Positions 41,648 to 50,436 of a DNA stretch of 64,000 nucleotides are shown here, piece by piece. The notes under the pieces are model-generated. The model had not been told where the DNA came from and did not search any database. It was given only the letters and a program-made list of their open reading frames with translations. How positions within the stretch are numbered: the first letter of the stretch is position 1; each line of letters starts with the position of its first letter. The DNA comes from Hydrurus foetidus (lineage: Eukaryota). The position numbers and the translations under genes were made by a program. The stretch covers positions 5,022,001 through 5,086,000 of the forward strand of contig UYFQ01000001.1 of NCBI GenBank assembly GCA_900617105.1, given 5' to 3'.

Positions 41648-42886
41648 CTACCGCCGCTTGCGCGAGCCGTCTTCCAAAACCTCATCGTCTGCCAGCAGCG
41701 CGCCGCTTTCGTCCCACTGCTTGCGGGCCACCAACCGGGTGCGGCCGCGCTCGTCAAGTGCGCTGTAGGTATCTTCTTGCGCCGGCTTGCCGTTGCTGTG
41801 AAACGATTGCTGCACGCCTACCTGTTGCTCGCGATTGCCGCCAACCGTTAACAGGCGTTCTCTGGCCGTTAAGCGGCCTGCATCGTCGTAACTCTCACGA
41901 ACTGATTTGTTGCCACCGCTGTCGTGCGTGATGCTGATTTTTTCTTTCATTGCACCGTTCAGGTACCAGCGCTCCGTTTCAATCGGGCGGCCGTTGGCGT
42001 AACGGATCTGCTCAATCAACTGCTCGTTAGCGCCCCACGCTTTCGACCATTGCAGGCGACCTTCGCTGGACGTGACCCGATATTCATTGCCAGCTGCATT
42101 CCGCCCCGGCTCATAAAGGCGCTCTTCACGCAGTACGTTTTTGCCGTTGGCTGCGCCCTCGGTGTTGTACACGCGGTGCCAGCGCTGGCCGTTTTGAAAA
42201 GCCAACTCGGCCCACACTGTGCTGGGCTCGCTCGCGGCTTGAGCACCCAAACCTGTTCGGAAAGTGGTGGCCTCGATAATTTTGCCCTGCTCTAGGGTGC
42301 GCAGCTCACGCCTTGTGCCGTTTTGAAAAAGCGCAGTCTGCACCTTGCCATCAAAGCCGCACAGTTTGCGGTCTTCGGCCAGCACGCTGGTTTGCGAGCA
42401 CAACGCATCGATCAGATGTCCAGCCTTGTCCCAAGCCAGCGCAACCAACACCTGGCCGTCCAGCGTAAAGCTGGCGCGCTCCATTTTTCCGTTGTCGTAA
42501 AACGCCTTCGCCGCGCCACGTGGGCGGCCATTGGCCTGGCTTGACTGGCTGCGCAACTGGCCGTTAGGCCAAAACTCTTTTTCAACGCCATCGGTGTTGC
42601 CACGCTCATTAATGGAGCGCTCACGCTGCAAATTTCCCTTGGCGTCGTACAAGCGCTGCAGCCCTACAAACACACCGCTGCGTAATTCTTGCTCGCTGGT
42701 CAACAGGCCAGTGCTTTCTTCTTTGCAGCGCATCATGCCGGTTACCCCAGCCGTGGTGTTGCCGTTGTACGGGCTGACCGACTTGCCACTAACCTCGCAG
42801 CGCGGCACAGCGCTTGCCGCCCCAGCAAGGGTGCTGATGAGCGCTGCCAGGCAGACACTTTTCAATGTACTTTTTGCACAATTCAT
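41648..42886 (-). CDS. secreted MORN-variant repeat (YwqK-like) protein
   Basis: Signal peptide; repeated GxxxxY/FxxNG units. Confidence 0.7.
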   Translation of the reverse strand: MNCAKSTLKSVCLAALISTLAGAASAVPRCEVSGKSVSPYNGNTTAGVTGMMRCKEESTGLLTSEQELRSGVFVGLQRLYDAKGNLQRERSINERGNTDGVEKEFWPNGQLRSQSSQANGRPRGAAKAFYDNGKMERASFTLDGQVLVALAWDKAGHLIDALCSQTSVLAEDRKLCGFDGKVQTALFQNGTRRELRTLEQGKIIEATTFRTGLGAQAASEPSTVWAELAFQNGQRWHRVYNTEGAANGKNVLREERLYEPGRNAAGNEYRVTSSEGRLQWSKAWGANEQLIEQIRYANGRPIETERWYLNGAMKEKISITHDSGGNKSVRESYDDAGRLTARERLLTVGGNREQQVGVQQSFHSNGKPAQEDTYSALDERGRTRLVARKQWDESGALLADDEVLEDGSRKRR

Positions 42887-42913
42887 AAGTGGTGATAGTT
42901 TATCTTTAGTAAC

Positions 42914-42940
42914 AAAAAAACCCGCCAGGGCGGGTTTTTT
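42914..42940. terminator. rho-independent terminator after phaB
   Basis: AAAAAAACCCGCC-AG-GGCGGGTTTTTT. Confidence 0.85.
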
Positions 42941-42963
42941 AAGCAGCCAGCCGCAAAGCCATA

Positions 42964-43701
42964 TCAGCCCATGTGCAAACCACCATTAAGCGAGAAGTCA
43001 GCACCAGTAGCGTAGCCGCCTTCGCTAGAGGCGATCCACGAAATAATCGACGCGATTTCTTCTGGCTGGCCCAAGCGCTTGGCGGGCACACCGGCCACGA
43101 TTTTTTCCAGCACATCAGGACGAATGGCTTTGACCATGTCGGTGCCAATATACCCAGGGCTAACGGTGTTGACCGTGACGCCTTTGGCCGCCACTTCTTG
43201 GGCCAGCGCCATCGTGAAGCCGTGCAAACCGGCTTTGGCGGTGGAGTAGTTGACCTGGCCAAACTGGCCCTTTTGGCCATTGACCGAGCTGATGTTGATG
43301 ATGCGGCCAAAGTTGGCGGTCACCATGTCTTCAATGACTTGCTTGGTCACGTTGAACATGCTGTTCAGGTTGGTTGAAATGACGGCGTCCCAGTCGGCCT
43401 TGCTCATTTTTCGGAACTGGCCGTCACGCGTGATACCGGCGTTGTTGACCAGCACGCTGACCGCGCCATGCTCGGCTTTGACTTTGGCAAAAGCATCGAC
43501 CGTTGATTCCCAATCGCCCACATTGCCAACTGATGCGTAAAAGGTGTGGCCCAGTGCTTTTTGCTCGTCAATCCATTTGGCGTGGTCGCGCGTGGGGCCG
43601 CAGCCCGCGACGACGGTAAAGCCATCTTTAGCCAGGCGCTGGCAAATGGCGGTACCGATGCCGCCCATGCCGCCCGTGACGTATGCAATTTTTTTACTCA
43701 T
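42964..43701 (-). CDS. phaB: acetoacetyl-CoA reductase
   Basis: TGGMGGIG, NNAGITRD, NYSTAK; follows phaA. Confidence 0.95.
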   Translation of the reverse strand: MSKKIAYVTGGMGGIGTAICQRLAKDGFTVVAGCGPTRDHAKWIDEQKALGHTFYASVGNVGDWESTVDAFAKVKAEHGAVSVLVNNAGITRDGQFRKMSKADWDAVISTNLNSMFNVTKQVIEDMVTANFGRIINISSVNGQKGQFGQVNYSTAKAGLHGFTMALAQEVAAKGVTVNTVSPGYIGTDMVKAIRPDVLEKIVAGVPAKRLGQPEEIASIISWIASSEGGYATGADFSLNGGLHMG

Positions 43702-43768
43702 GTGTTTCTCCTGTGGTCGTCATTGACGATTGATTAAAAGCGGCGAACACAACTGTGTCGACTTAAAT

Positions 43769-43816
43769 GCTATAAATTAAGGAGCTGCTTGCGCCCGTAT
43801 TAATTGGGCTACAGCC
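43769..43816 (+). repeat. REP-like element copy 11 (phaA-phaB intergenic)
   Basis: GCTATAAATTAAGGAGCTGCTTGCGCCCGTATTAATTGGGCTACAGCC. Confidence 0.88.
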
Positions 43817-43843
43817 TGATAATGTCCTTAATTTAACCTAGTT

Positions 43844-45022
43844 TTAACGTTCTACGCATAGGGCAACCCCCATACCGCCGCCAATACAGAGGCTGGCAAT
43901 GCCTTTTTTAGCGCTGCTCCTCACCATCTCGTGCAACAGCGTTACCAAAATACGGCAACCAGACGCACCAATCGGGTGGCCAATCGCAATCGCGCCGCCG
44001 TTGACGTTGACTTTGCTGGTGTCCCAACCCATCTCGTTGTTCACAGCGCAAGCTTGTGCAGCAAAGGCTTCGTTGATTTCCAGCACGTCGAGGTCCGTTG
44101 GCTTCCAGCCAGCGCGTGCCAATGCTTTGGTCGATGCAGGCACGGGGCCCATGCCCATGGTGGCAGGGTCCAGGCCCGTGGTGGCGTAGCTGGCGATGCG
44201 GGCGAGTGGCGTTAAGCCCAACGAGGCGGCTTTTTTGGCCGTCATCACCATCACAGCGGCAGCACCGTCGTTCAGACCGGATGCATTGCCTGCGGTCACG
44301 CCGCCTGCTTTGTCGAACGCTGGGCGCAGGCCTGCCAACACTTCGGCATTGGTTTTGCGGTTGATGAATTCGTCAGCGGCAAAAATAATCGGGTCGCCCT
44401 TTTTTTGCGCGATAGAAAACGGCACGATTTCAGACACGAATTTGCCTGCGTCTTGCGCGGCAGCGGCTTTCATCTGGCTGCCAAGTGCCAGCGCATCTTG
44501 CATGTCACGGGTGATGCCGTATTTTTTAGCGACGTTTTCAGCGGTGATGCCCATGTGGTACTGGTTGTACACGTCCCACAAGCCGTCAACAATCATGCTG
44601 TCGATCATCTTCCAGTCGCCCATGCGCTGACCGTCACGCGAGCCATTGAGCACGTGGGGCGACATGCTCATCGACTCTTGGCCGCCTGCAATGATGATCT
44701 CGCTATCGCCAGTGGCCACCGCCTGCGCGGCCAGCATCACGGCCTTGAGCCCAGAGCCGCAAACCGCGTTAATCGTCAACCCCGGCACGCCTTGTGGCAA
44801 GCCCGCTTTGATCACTGTCTGGCGTGCCGGGTTTTGGCCGACACCCGCTGCCAAAACCTGGCCCATGATGACTTCACCAATCAGGTCCGCGTTGAGTTTT
44901 GAACGCTCCAGCACGGCTTTGACAACCGCTGCACCCAGCTCGGTAGCAGGTGTTTTTGCCAGCGTGCCGCCAAATTTACCGACTGCGGTGCGGGCCGCTG
45001 AAACGATAACGATGTCTTCCAT
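43844..45022 (-). CDS. phaA: acetyl-CoA acetyltransferase (beta-ketothiolase)
   Basis: VCGSG, NEAFA, GHPIGASG, CIGGGMG. Confidence 0.95.
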   Translation of the reverse strand: MEDIVIVSAARTAVGKFGGTLAKTPATELGAAVVKAVLERSKLNADLIGEVIMGQVLAAGVGQNPARQTVIKAGLPQGVPGLTINAVCGSGLKAVMLAAQAVATGDSEIIIAGGQESMSMSPHVLNGSRDGQRMGDWKMIDSMIVDGLWDVYNQYHMGITAENVAKKYGITRDMQDALALGSQMKAAAAQDAGKFVSEIVPFSIAQKKGDPIIFAADEFINRKTNAEVLAGLRPAFDKAGGVTAGNASGLNDGAAAVMVMTAKKAASLGLTPLARIASYATTGLDPATMGMGPVPASTKALARAGWKPTDLDVLEINEAFAAQACAVNNEMGWDTSKVNVNGGAIAIGHPIGASGCRILVTLLHEMVRSSAKKGIASLCIGGGMGVALCVER

Positions 45023-45069
45023 GATGTTTTCCTTTTTTGAGTGAAGCAGAGTAAGGGAAGTTTGTGAAT

Positions 45070-46827
45070 TTAAGCCTTGGCTTTGACGTAACGCCCAGGC
45101 GCGGGCTCGATAACTTTGTGTTTTGTATTGCCAAACTTTTTAGGCGCAGCAATTTGCTTGCCCGCATGGCCTTTGAGCCAATTCGACCAGTCTGTCCACC
45201 AACTGCCGGGGTGCTCGGTGGCGGTTTTTAGCCAGTCGGGCTGCGCAGGCGGAAATTTATTGGCGGGCAGCTTGTCGTTGGTCCAGTAGCTGCGCTTGTT
45301 TTTAGCTGGCGGGTTGATCACGCCCGCAATGTGACCCGACGCGCCCATTACAAAACGCTTTTTGCCCGGCAAGTGCTGGGTTGATGCGTACGCCCCCCCG
45401 ATCGGCACGATGTGGTCTTCACGCGAGCCGTACACATAGGTGGGCATGTCGAGTTTGCGAAGGTCAATTTTTTGCCCGCACACTTCCAACCTGCCGGGCT
45501 TGACCATGTTGTTTTCAAAATAGGTGTTGCGCAAATACCAGGCGTAAAACGGGCCGGGCAAGTTGGTCGAATCGCTGTTCCAGTACAGCAAGTCAAATGG
45601 CGGTGGGGTTTCGCCCTTCAGGTAATTGCCGACCACGTAGTTCCACACCAAATCGTTAGGCCGCAAAAAGCTGAAGGTGGACGCCAGCTCTTGTCCTTTA
45701 AGCAAACCGCCGCTGCCCATTTCGTTTTCTCGGTGGCTGACCATCTGCTCGTCAATAAAAATGTCCAATATGCCGGTATCGGTAAAGTCCAGCAGCGAGG
45801 TCAGCAGCGTCAGGCTGGCAGCGGGCTTGCTGCCCCGCGCGGCCAGCACGCTCAGTGCGGTGGCCAAAACAGTGCCGCCCACACAAAAGCCCAGCGTATT
45901 TATAGTTTTGGCGCCCGTGATGTCTTGCACCACCGCTATGGCTTTTATAGCGGCGTGCTCGATGTAGTCGTCCCACGTTTTATGCAGCATCGACTCATCC
46001 GGGTTGCGCCAGCTGACCACAAACGTGCGGTGGCCCTGCGCTACGGCGTAGCGAATCAGCGAGTTTTCGGGCTGCAAGTCAAGAATGTAAAACTTGTTGA
46101 TGCACGGCGGCACCAGCAAAAACGGCTTTTCGTGCACGGTTTTAGTCAGTGGCTTGTATTCAAGCAACTGAAAAAACTCGTTTTCAAACACCACTGCGCC
46201 TTCAGTGGTGGCAACGTTTTTACCGACCTCAAACTGGCTCTCGTCGGTCATTGAAACGTGGCCTTGCTGCATGTCGTTAAACAGGTTTTTCATGCCTTGG
46301 CCAATGCTTTGGCCTTGGGTGTCGATGGCTTTTTTAATGGCGTCTGCATTGAGCGCCATGAAGTTGCTGGGCGCAGTGGCGGCCAATGATTGTTCAATGG
46401 CAAAGCGTACGCGGGCCTTGGTTTTGGCCGTGCCTTCTACCGCGTCGGCCAGCGCTGTCAGGGCGCGCGAATTAAGCAAATACGCCGCCGCAGAAAATTT
46501 GGACACAGGGTTGTCGTTCCAGGCGGCAGCTGAAAACCGGCGGTCACGCGCGGCAGGAATCGCGCTGCCAGCTTGCACGCTTTGGTTCCACAATTGGGCT
46601 GCATCATGCAGGTAGGTTTGCTGAATTTCGATCAGCTTGGCCGCATCAAAACTCAACTGCGGTACACCGCTGCCGCTGATGCCGTTGATGCCGGGCGCCT
46701 GGGTTGCCGCGTTGGTGGCCTTCATGAAGGACTCTTTCATGAGCTCGCTCAGGTTTTGCCAGCTTGGGTCAAAATCAGCCAATGTGTTGTCTCCGTTGCC
46801 GCTTGAAGGTTGGGTTTGCAGCTCCAA
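45070..46827 (-). CDS. phaC: class I PHA synthase (start uncertain; ATG 46740 possible)
   Basis: PPCINKFYILDL, GFCVGG lipase box, DHIVP, SGHIAG. Confidence 0.95.
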   Translation of the reverse strand: MELQTQPSSGNGDNTLADFDPSWQNLSELMKESFMKATNAATQAPGINGISGSGVPQLSFDAAKLIEIQQTYLHDAAQLWNQSVQAGSAIPAARDRRFSAAAWNDNPVSKFSAAAYLLNSRALTALADAVEGTAKTKARVRFAIEQSLAATAPSNFMALNADAIKKAIDTQGQSIGQGMKNLFNDMQQGHVSMTDESQFEVGKNVATTEGAVVFENEFFQLLEYKPLTKTVHEKPFLLVPPCINKFYILDLQPENSLIRYAVAQGHRTFVVSWRNPDESMLHKTWDDYIEHAAIKAIAVVQDITGAKTINTLGFCVGGTVLATALSVLAARGSKPAASLTLLTSLLDFTDTGILDIFIDEQMVSHRENEMGSGGLLKGQELASTFSFLRPNDLVWNYVVGNYLKGETPPPFDLLYWNSDSTNLPGPFYAWYLRNTYFENNMVKPGRLEVCGQKIDLRKLDMPTYVYGSREDHIVPIGGAYASTQHLPGKKRFVMGASGHIAGVINPPAKNKRSYWTNDKLPANKFPPAQPDWLKTATEHPGSWWTDWSNWLKGHAGKQIAAPKKFGNTKHKVIEPAPGRYVKAKA

Positions 46828-46883
46828 GTATCTTAGGATTTCGTATCAATTCAGTGATTCAAATCAACAAATAAAGAAGTTTT

Positions 46884-47219
46884 ATGTATTTGCTCATCAT
46901 TGGCTGGATATACGTCGTGTTGATGATGGCGGTGGCTGAGGCCACCAACAGCAATGGCACCATACTTGGCGCAGTCGTGACGTTTGTTCTTTACGGCTTG
47001 GTGCCAGCCGGGCTGCTTGCCTACCTGATGGGCGCACCCGCCCGCAATAAACGCAACAAAAAGCAGCGTGCCGAGGCTGAAGCCGCGTTTGCTCAGCAGG
47101 CCAGCACGGCCTTGGGCGACGCTAATTCAAACGAGCCAGATGCTGGCAGCCATGCGCCCGGTGGTGCCCCGTCCGTTGCCAGTGACACCAGCATCGCGCC
47201 GATGCGAAAAGAACCTTGA
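46884..47219 (+). CDS. small membrane hypothetical protein
   Basis: Two TM segments (MYLLIIGWIYVVLMMAVAEA...) then a basic tail. Confidence 0.65.
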   Translation: MYLLIIGWIYVVLMMAVAEATNSNGTILGAVVTFVLYGLVPAGLLAYLMGAPARNKRNKKQRAEAEAAFAQQASTALGDANSNEPDAGSHAPGGAPSVASDTSIAPMRKEP

Positions 47220-47987
47220 CGCATTGCTGGCGGTGCACCACTCTAAAGAGCTGTCGTTGCCACTAATCTGGCTCACGCCTAACGCATGCAGCCGCGCGCG
47301 CGCCAAGCCCGCCAAATCTGCCTTGTATTTGCCGACACCGGCCGAAGTAAAACACCGCCCAGCGTCGGCTTGAGTGGATGCAAAAGCCGCTGCAACCTCT
47401 GCACCCACTTCAAACGCGGTCGGCCCAATACAAGGGCCCAGCCACGCTATTATTTCAGGAGCTGCTCGCGCCCGATTTATTTGGGCTAGAGCACTAAAAC
47501 TCTTGTAAATAGCGGCTACAGCGGCCTCCAGCACGCCCTGCCCTGAATTGCCGCTGTCAGCAGTGCCATTGTTGCCCGCCAACCCGCGCCAACCCGCATG
47601 GGCCGCACCAATCACCGAGCCGCAAGCTGTAGCCAAAAGTACCGGCAAACAATCGGCCACCATGATCGTGCAAGCCACGCCGCGTTGTGCCGTCACGCAG
47701 ACGTCGGCTTCAATGCCATCAGTGCTGGAGTGCGACAGCGTCGCAACCCCCACCCCATGCGTTTGATTCAAAAAAACCGGCCGACTGCCGATGGCAGCTT
47801 GCAGCGCCGCGCGATTGGCCGCCACACTCTCTTGCGCATCGCCAACGTGGCTGCCCAGATTCATGCTGTCCCAGGGCGCGATTGAACCACCGCCGCTGCG
47901 GGTGGTGAACACAGCCCGCACGTTGGCGGGCGCTGGCCAGTCGGGGTGCAGCCAGTCGGGCGGCATCACGGCTAGAGAATTATTCAA
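47127..47987 (-). CDS. pgeF: peptidoglycan editing factor/purine nucleoside phosphorylase PgeF (YfiH)
   Basis: NLGSHVGD, QTHG, ADCLPV, AHAGWRG, GPCIG, FFSHRR. Confidence 0.92.
   Translation of the reverse strand: MNNSLAVMPPDWLHPDWPAPANVRAVFTTRSGGGSIAPWDSMNLGSHVGDAQESVAANRAALQAAIGSRPVFLNQTHGVGVATLSHSSTDGIEADVCVTAQRGVACTIMVADCLPVLLATACGSVIGAAHAGWRGLAGNNGTADSGNSGQGVLEAAVAAIYKSFSALAQINRARAAPEIIAWLGPCIGPTAFEVGAEVAAAFASTQADAGRCFTSAGVGKYKADLAGLARARLHALGVSQISGNDSSLEWCTASNASRFFSHRRDAGVTGNGRGTTGRMAASIWLV
47446..47493 (+). repeat. REP-like element copy 12, in-frame in pgeF
   Basis: GCTATTATTTCAGGAGCTGCTCGCGCCCGATTTATTTGGGCTAGAGC; encodes LAQINRARAAPEIIA. Confidence 0.88.
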
Positions 47988-47990
47988 ACC

Positions 47991-48641
47991 TCAGGCCTCA
48001 AAGTCTGGACAGCTGGACGGTTGAGCCTTTTGAAACGCCGGCAAAGCCATACAGGCATCAAACGCAGCCATGGTGCGTGGCAGCCCAGTCAGGTCAGTAT
48101 CAAAACGCCGGGCGTTGAAGATTTGCGGCACCAGGCAGCAGTCGGCCATGGTGGGCGTGTCGCCGTAGCAAAACGTAGCGGCAGAAAGCTGCGCAAGTTG
48201 GCGCTCAAACGACTCCAAGCCTAGTCGGCACCAGTGGCGGTACCACGTGTTTTTGACGTCTTCGTCGACCTTCATCTGGTTGCTTAAGTACTTGAGCACC
48301 CGCAAATTGTTCAGCGGATGAATCTCGCAAGCAATCGACTGCGCCAGCGCACGTACTTTCGCGCGGCCAGCGGCGTCAGGCGGCAGCAACGCGGGCTGGG
48401 GGCGCGTTTCGTCAAGGTATTCAATGATCGCCATTGACTGCGACAGCCGCAGCCCGTCGACCTCAAGCAGCGGCACCAGCGCATCGGCTGCCAGCGCTGT
48501 GTAGGCGGGCTGCTTTTGCTCGCCTTTGGCTAAATGCACCGGCAAATAGTCGTAGGTCAAGCCTTTGATTTCAAGCGCAATCCGCACCCGAAAAGAGGCC
48601 GATGATCGAAAGAAAGAATGCAGTTTTAAGTCAGTGGTCAT
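47991..48641 (-). CDS. maiA: maleylacetoacetate isomerase (GST zeta)
   Basis: FRSSASFRVRIAL, SQSMAIIEYL, IHPLNNLRVL. Confidence 0.92.
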   Translation of the reverse strand: MTTDLKLHSFFRSSASFRVRIALEIKGLTYDYLPVHLAKGEQKQPAYTALAADALVPLLEVDGLRLSQSMAIIEYLDETRPQPALLPPDAAGRAKVRALAQSIACEIHPLNNLRVLKYLSNQMKVDEDVKNTWYRHWCRLGLESFERQLAQLSAATFCYGDTPTMADCCLVPQIFNARRFDTDLTGLPRTMAAFDACMALPAFQKAQPSSCPDFEA

Positions 48642-48766
48642 GGCCAAAGCATAAACCCGAAATTAGCCGCTACACCGCCAGGCCACGCCGCAATCGCGTG
48701 GGCGACTCGGGCGTGCGAGGTGCGCCGTTACCATCTAGGCCTTTACATACTGACCGGAGACACCGC

Positions 48767-49807
48767 ATGACCACCGCCACCACATTAGTCAACCACCAAG
48801 TGCGCTTGGCCAGTCGCCCGTCTGGTCTGCCCACGCCTGCCAACTGGAGCTTTACCGAAGAGCCCGTGGTGCAGCCCGGCCCGGGCGGTGTGTTGGTCAA
48901 GTCGCTGTACCTGTCGCTCGACCCCGCCATGCGCGGCTGGATGAACGAAGGCAAAAGCTACATCGCCCCAGTAGAAATTGGCGCCGTGATGCGCGCTGGC
49001 GGCGTGGGCCAAGTGGTCGCGTCGCACAACCCGGCCTTTGCCGTGGGCGACTACGTGAACGCGGGGCTTGACGTGCAGGAGTACTGCCTGATTGCTGAGG
49101 AAAACATCAAGCGCAGCGGCATTTTTAAAATCGACGCCAGCCTGGGCCTGACCACATGGACCAACGTGCTCGGCATGCCCGGCATGACCGGCTTTTTCGG
49201 CCTGATGGAAGTCGGCATGCCCAAGGCGGGCGAGACAGTTGTGGTGTCGGGCGCAGCAGGCGCGGTGGGCCAAACGGTTGGCCAAATTGCCAAACTCAAA
49301 GGTTGCCGCGTGGTGGGCATTGCGGGCGGCCCGGCCAAGTGTGACTGGGTGGTCAAAGAACTTGGTTTTGACGCCTGCATTGACTACAAAAACGGCGACG
49401 TGCGCAAGGGCCTCAAAGAGCACTGCCCCGACGGCGTAGACATTTACTTTGACAACGTGGGCGGGGACATACTGGACATGGTCCTGGCCAAAATCAATCG
49501 CAAAGCCCGCATTATTATTTGCGGCGCCATCAGCCAGTACAACAACACCACACCGGTTAAAGGCCCAGCCAACTACTTGTCACTGCTAGTCAACCGCGCC
49601 CGCATGGAAGGCATTGTGGTGTTTGACTACGCCGACCGTTACCACTTGGGCGTGGCTGAGATGGCGGGCTACCTGAAAGCCGGAAAAATGAAAAGCAAAG
49701 AAGACGTGGTGCAAGGCATCGAGAACTTCCCGGCAACGCTGCTGAAGCTGTTCAACGGTGAAAACTTTGGCAAGCTGGTGTTGCAGGTGGGCACAACTGC
49801 AGCCTGA
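48767..49807 (+). CDS. NADP-dependent oxidoreductase (CurA/PTGR-like)
   Basis: SLDPAMRG, GMPGMT, SGAAGAVG, FDNVGG. Confidence 0.9.
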   Translation: MTTATTLVNHQVRLASRPSGLPTPANWSFTEEPVVQPGPGGVLVKSLYLSLDPAMRGWMNEGKSYIAPVEIGAVMRAGGVGQVVASHNPAFAVGDYVNAGLDVQEYCLIAEENIKRSGIFKIDASLGLTTWTNVLGMPGMTGFFGLMEVGMPKAGETVVVSGAAGAVGQTVGQIAKLKGCRVVGIAGGPAKCDWVVKELGFDACIDYKNGDVRKGLKEHCPDGVDIYFDNVGGDILDMVLAKINRKARIIICGAISQYNNTTPVKGPANYLSLLVNRARMEGIVVFDYADRYHLGVAEMAGYLKAGKMKSKEDVVQGIENFPATLLKLFNGENFGKLVLQVGTTAA

Positions 49808-49865
49808 AAGTTATTCGGGTGGGAACACGCGCAACATGAAGATACGTCGGATGTGCCCACCTGCA
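49782..49865. repeat. 14-bp perfect inverted repeat spanning the oxidoreductase stop
   Basis: TGCAGGTGGGCACA (49782-49795) ... TGTGCCCACCTGCA (49852-49865). Confidence 0.7.
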
Positions 49866-50122
49866 GCTTGAAATTCATTCAGGTGGCTACGGTCGAGACC
49901 TGAGCCTACAACCCGAATGCTTCTGTAAGCTGCATCATGCAAGCTTGAAGCGAATTGAACTGAACGGACCGGTCAGGATATTTATCTCGGGCCGTTAGCC
50001 ACCGTGCAACCGGTACATCCAATTGAGTAAATCGCTCAGCCGAAATTGCTTAAAACCGGTTACAAAGCTCCTATTCACGCGGGTTGCACGGTTGCTGCAA
50101 ATAAAGCGTGCGCGGCGGCTTA

Positions 50123-50148
50123 TCTGAGAATGATTCTCGATTATCATT
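50123..50148. promoter_or_regulatory. Fur-type box upstream of feoA
   Basis: TGAGAATGATTCTCG-ATTATCATT. Confidence 0.8.
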
Positions 50149-50154
50149 CTGGAC

Positions 50155-50436
50155 GTGACAGCCAGCCATCGAACTCCCAACGAATTGAATACCCTGGCCC
50201 TAACTTTGGCAGACGCTGATTTGGGTCAGCTTTTCACCATTGTTGGATTGAATGCGCCTCAAACGATGAAGGGCTGGCAAACGCAACTTGAAGATATCGG
50301 ATTCCTACCCGGCGAGCACGTCGCCGTCATGGCGCGCGGCATGCCCGGTGGGGACCCTTTGGTAGTCCGGGTCGGCCTGTCAACCTTCGCGCTGCGGCAG
50401 GTTGAAGCAGCTTGCGTGCAGGTTGTGCCGGTATGA
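50155..50436 (+). CDS. feoA: ferrous iron transport protein A
   Basis: LEDIGFLPGE, GDPL, FALRQVEA. Confidence 0.9.
   Translation: MTASHRTPNELNTLALTLADADLGQLFTIVGLNAPQTMKGWQTQLEDIGFLPGEHVAVMARGMPGGDPLVVRVGLSTFALRQVEAACVQVVPV

Noticed and set aside
45412..46254. 280-aa plus-strand ORF
   Set aside because: Antisense shadow of phaC.
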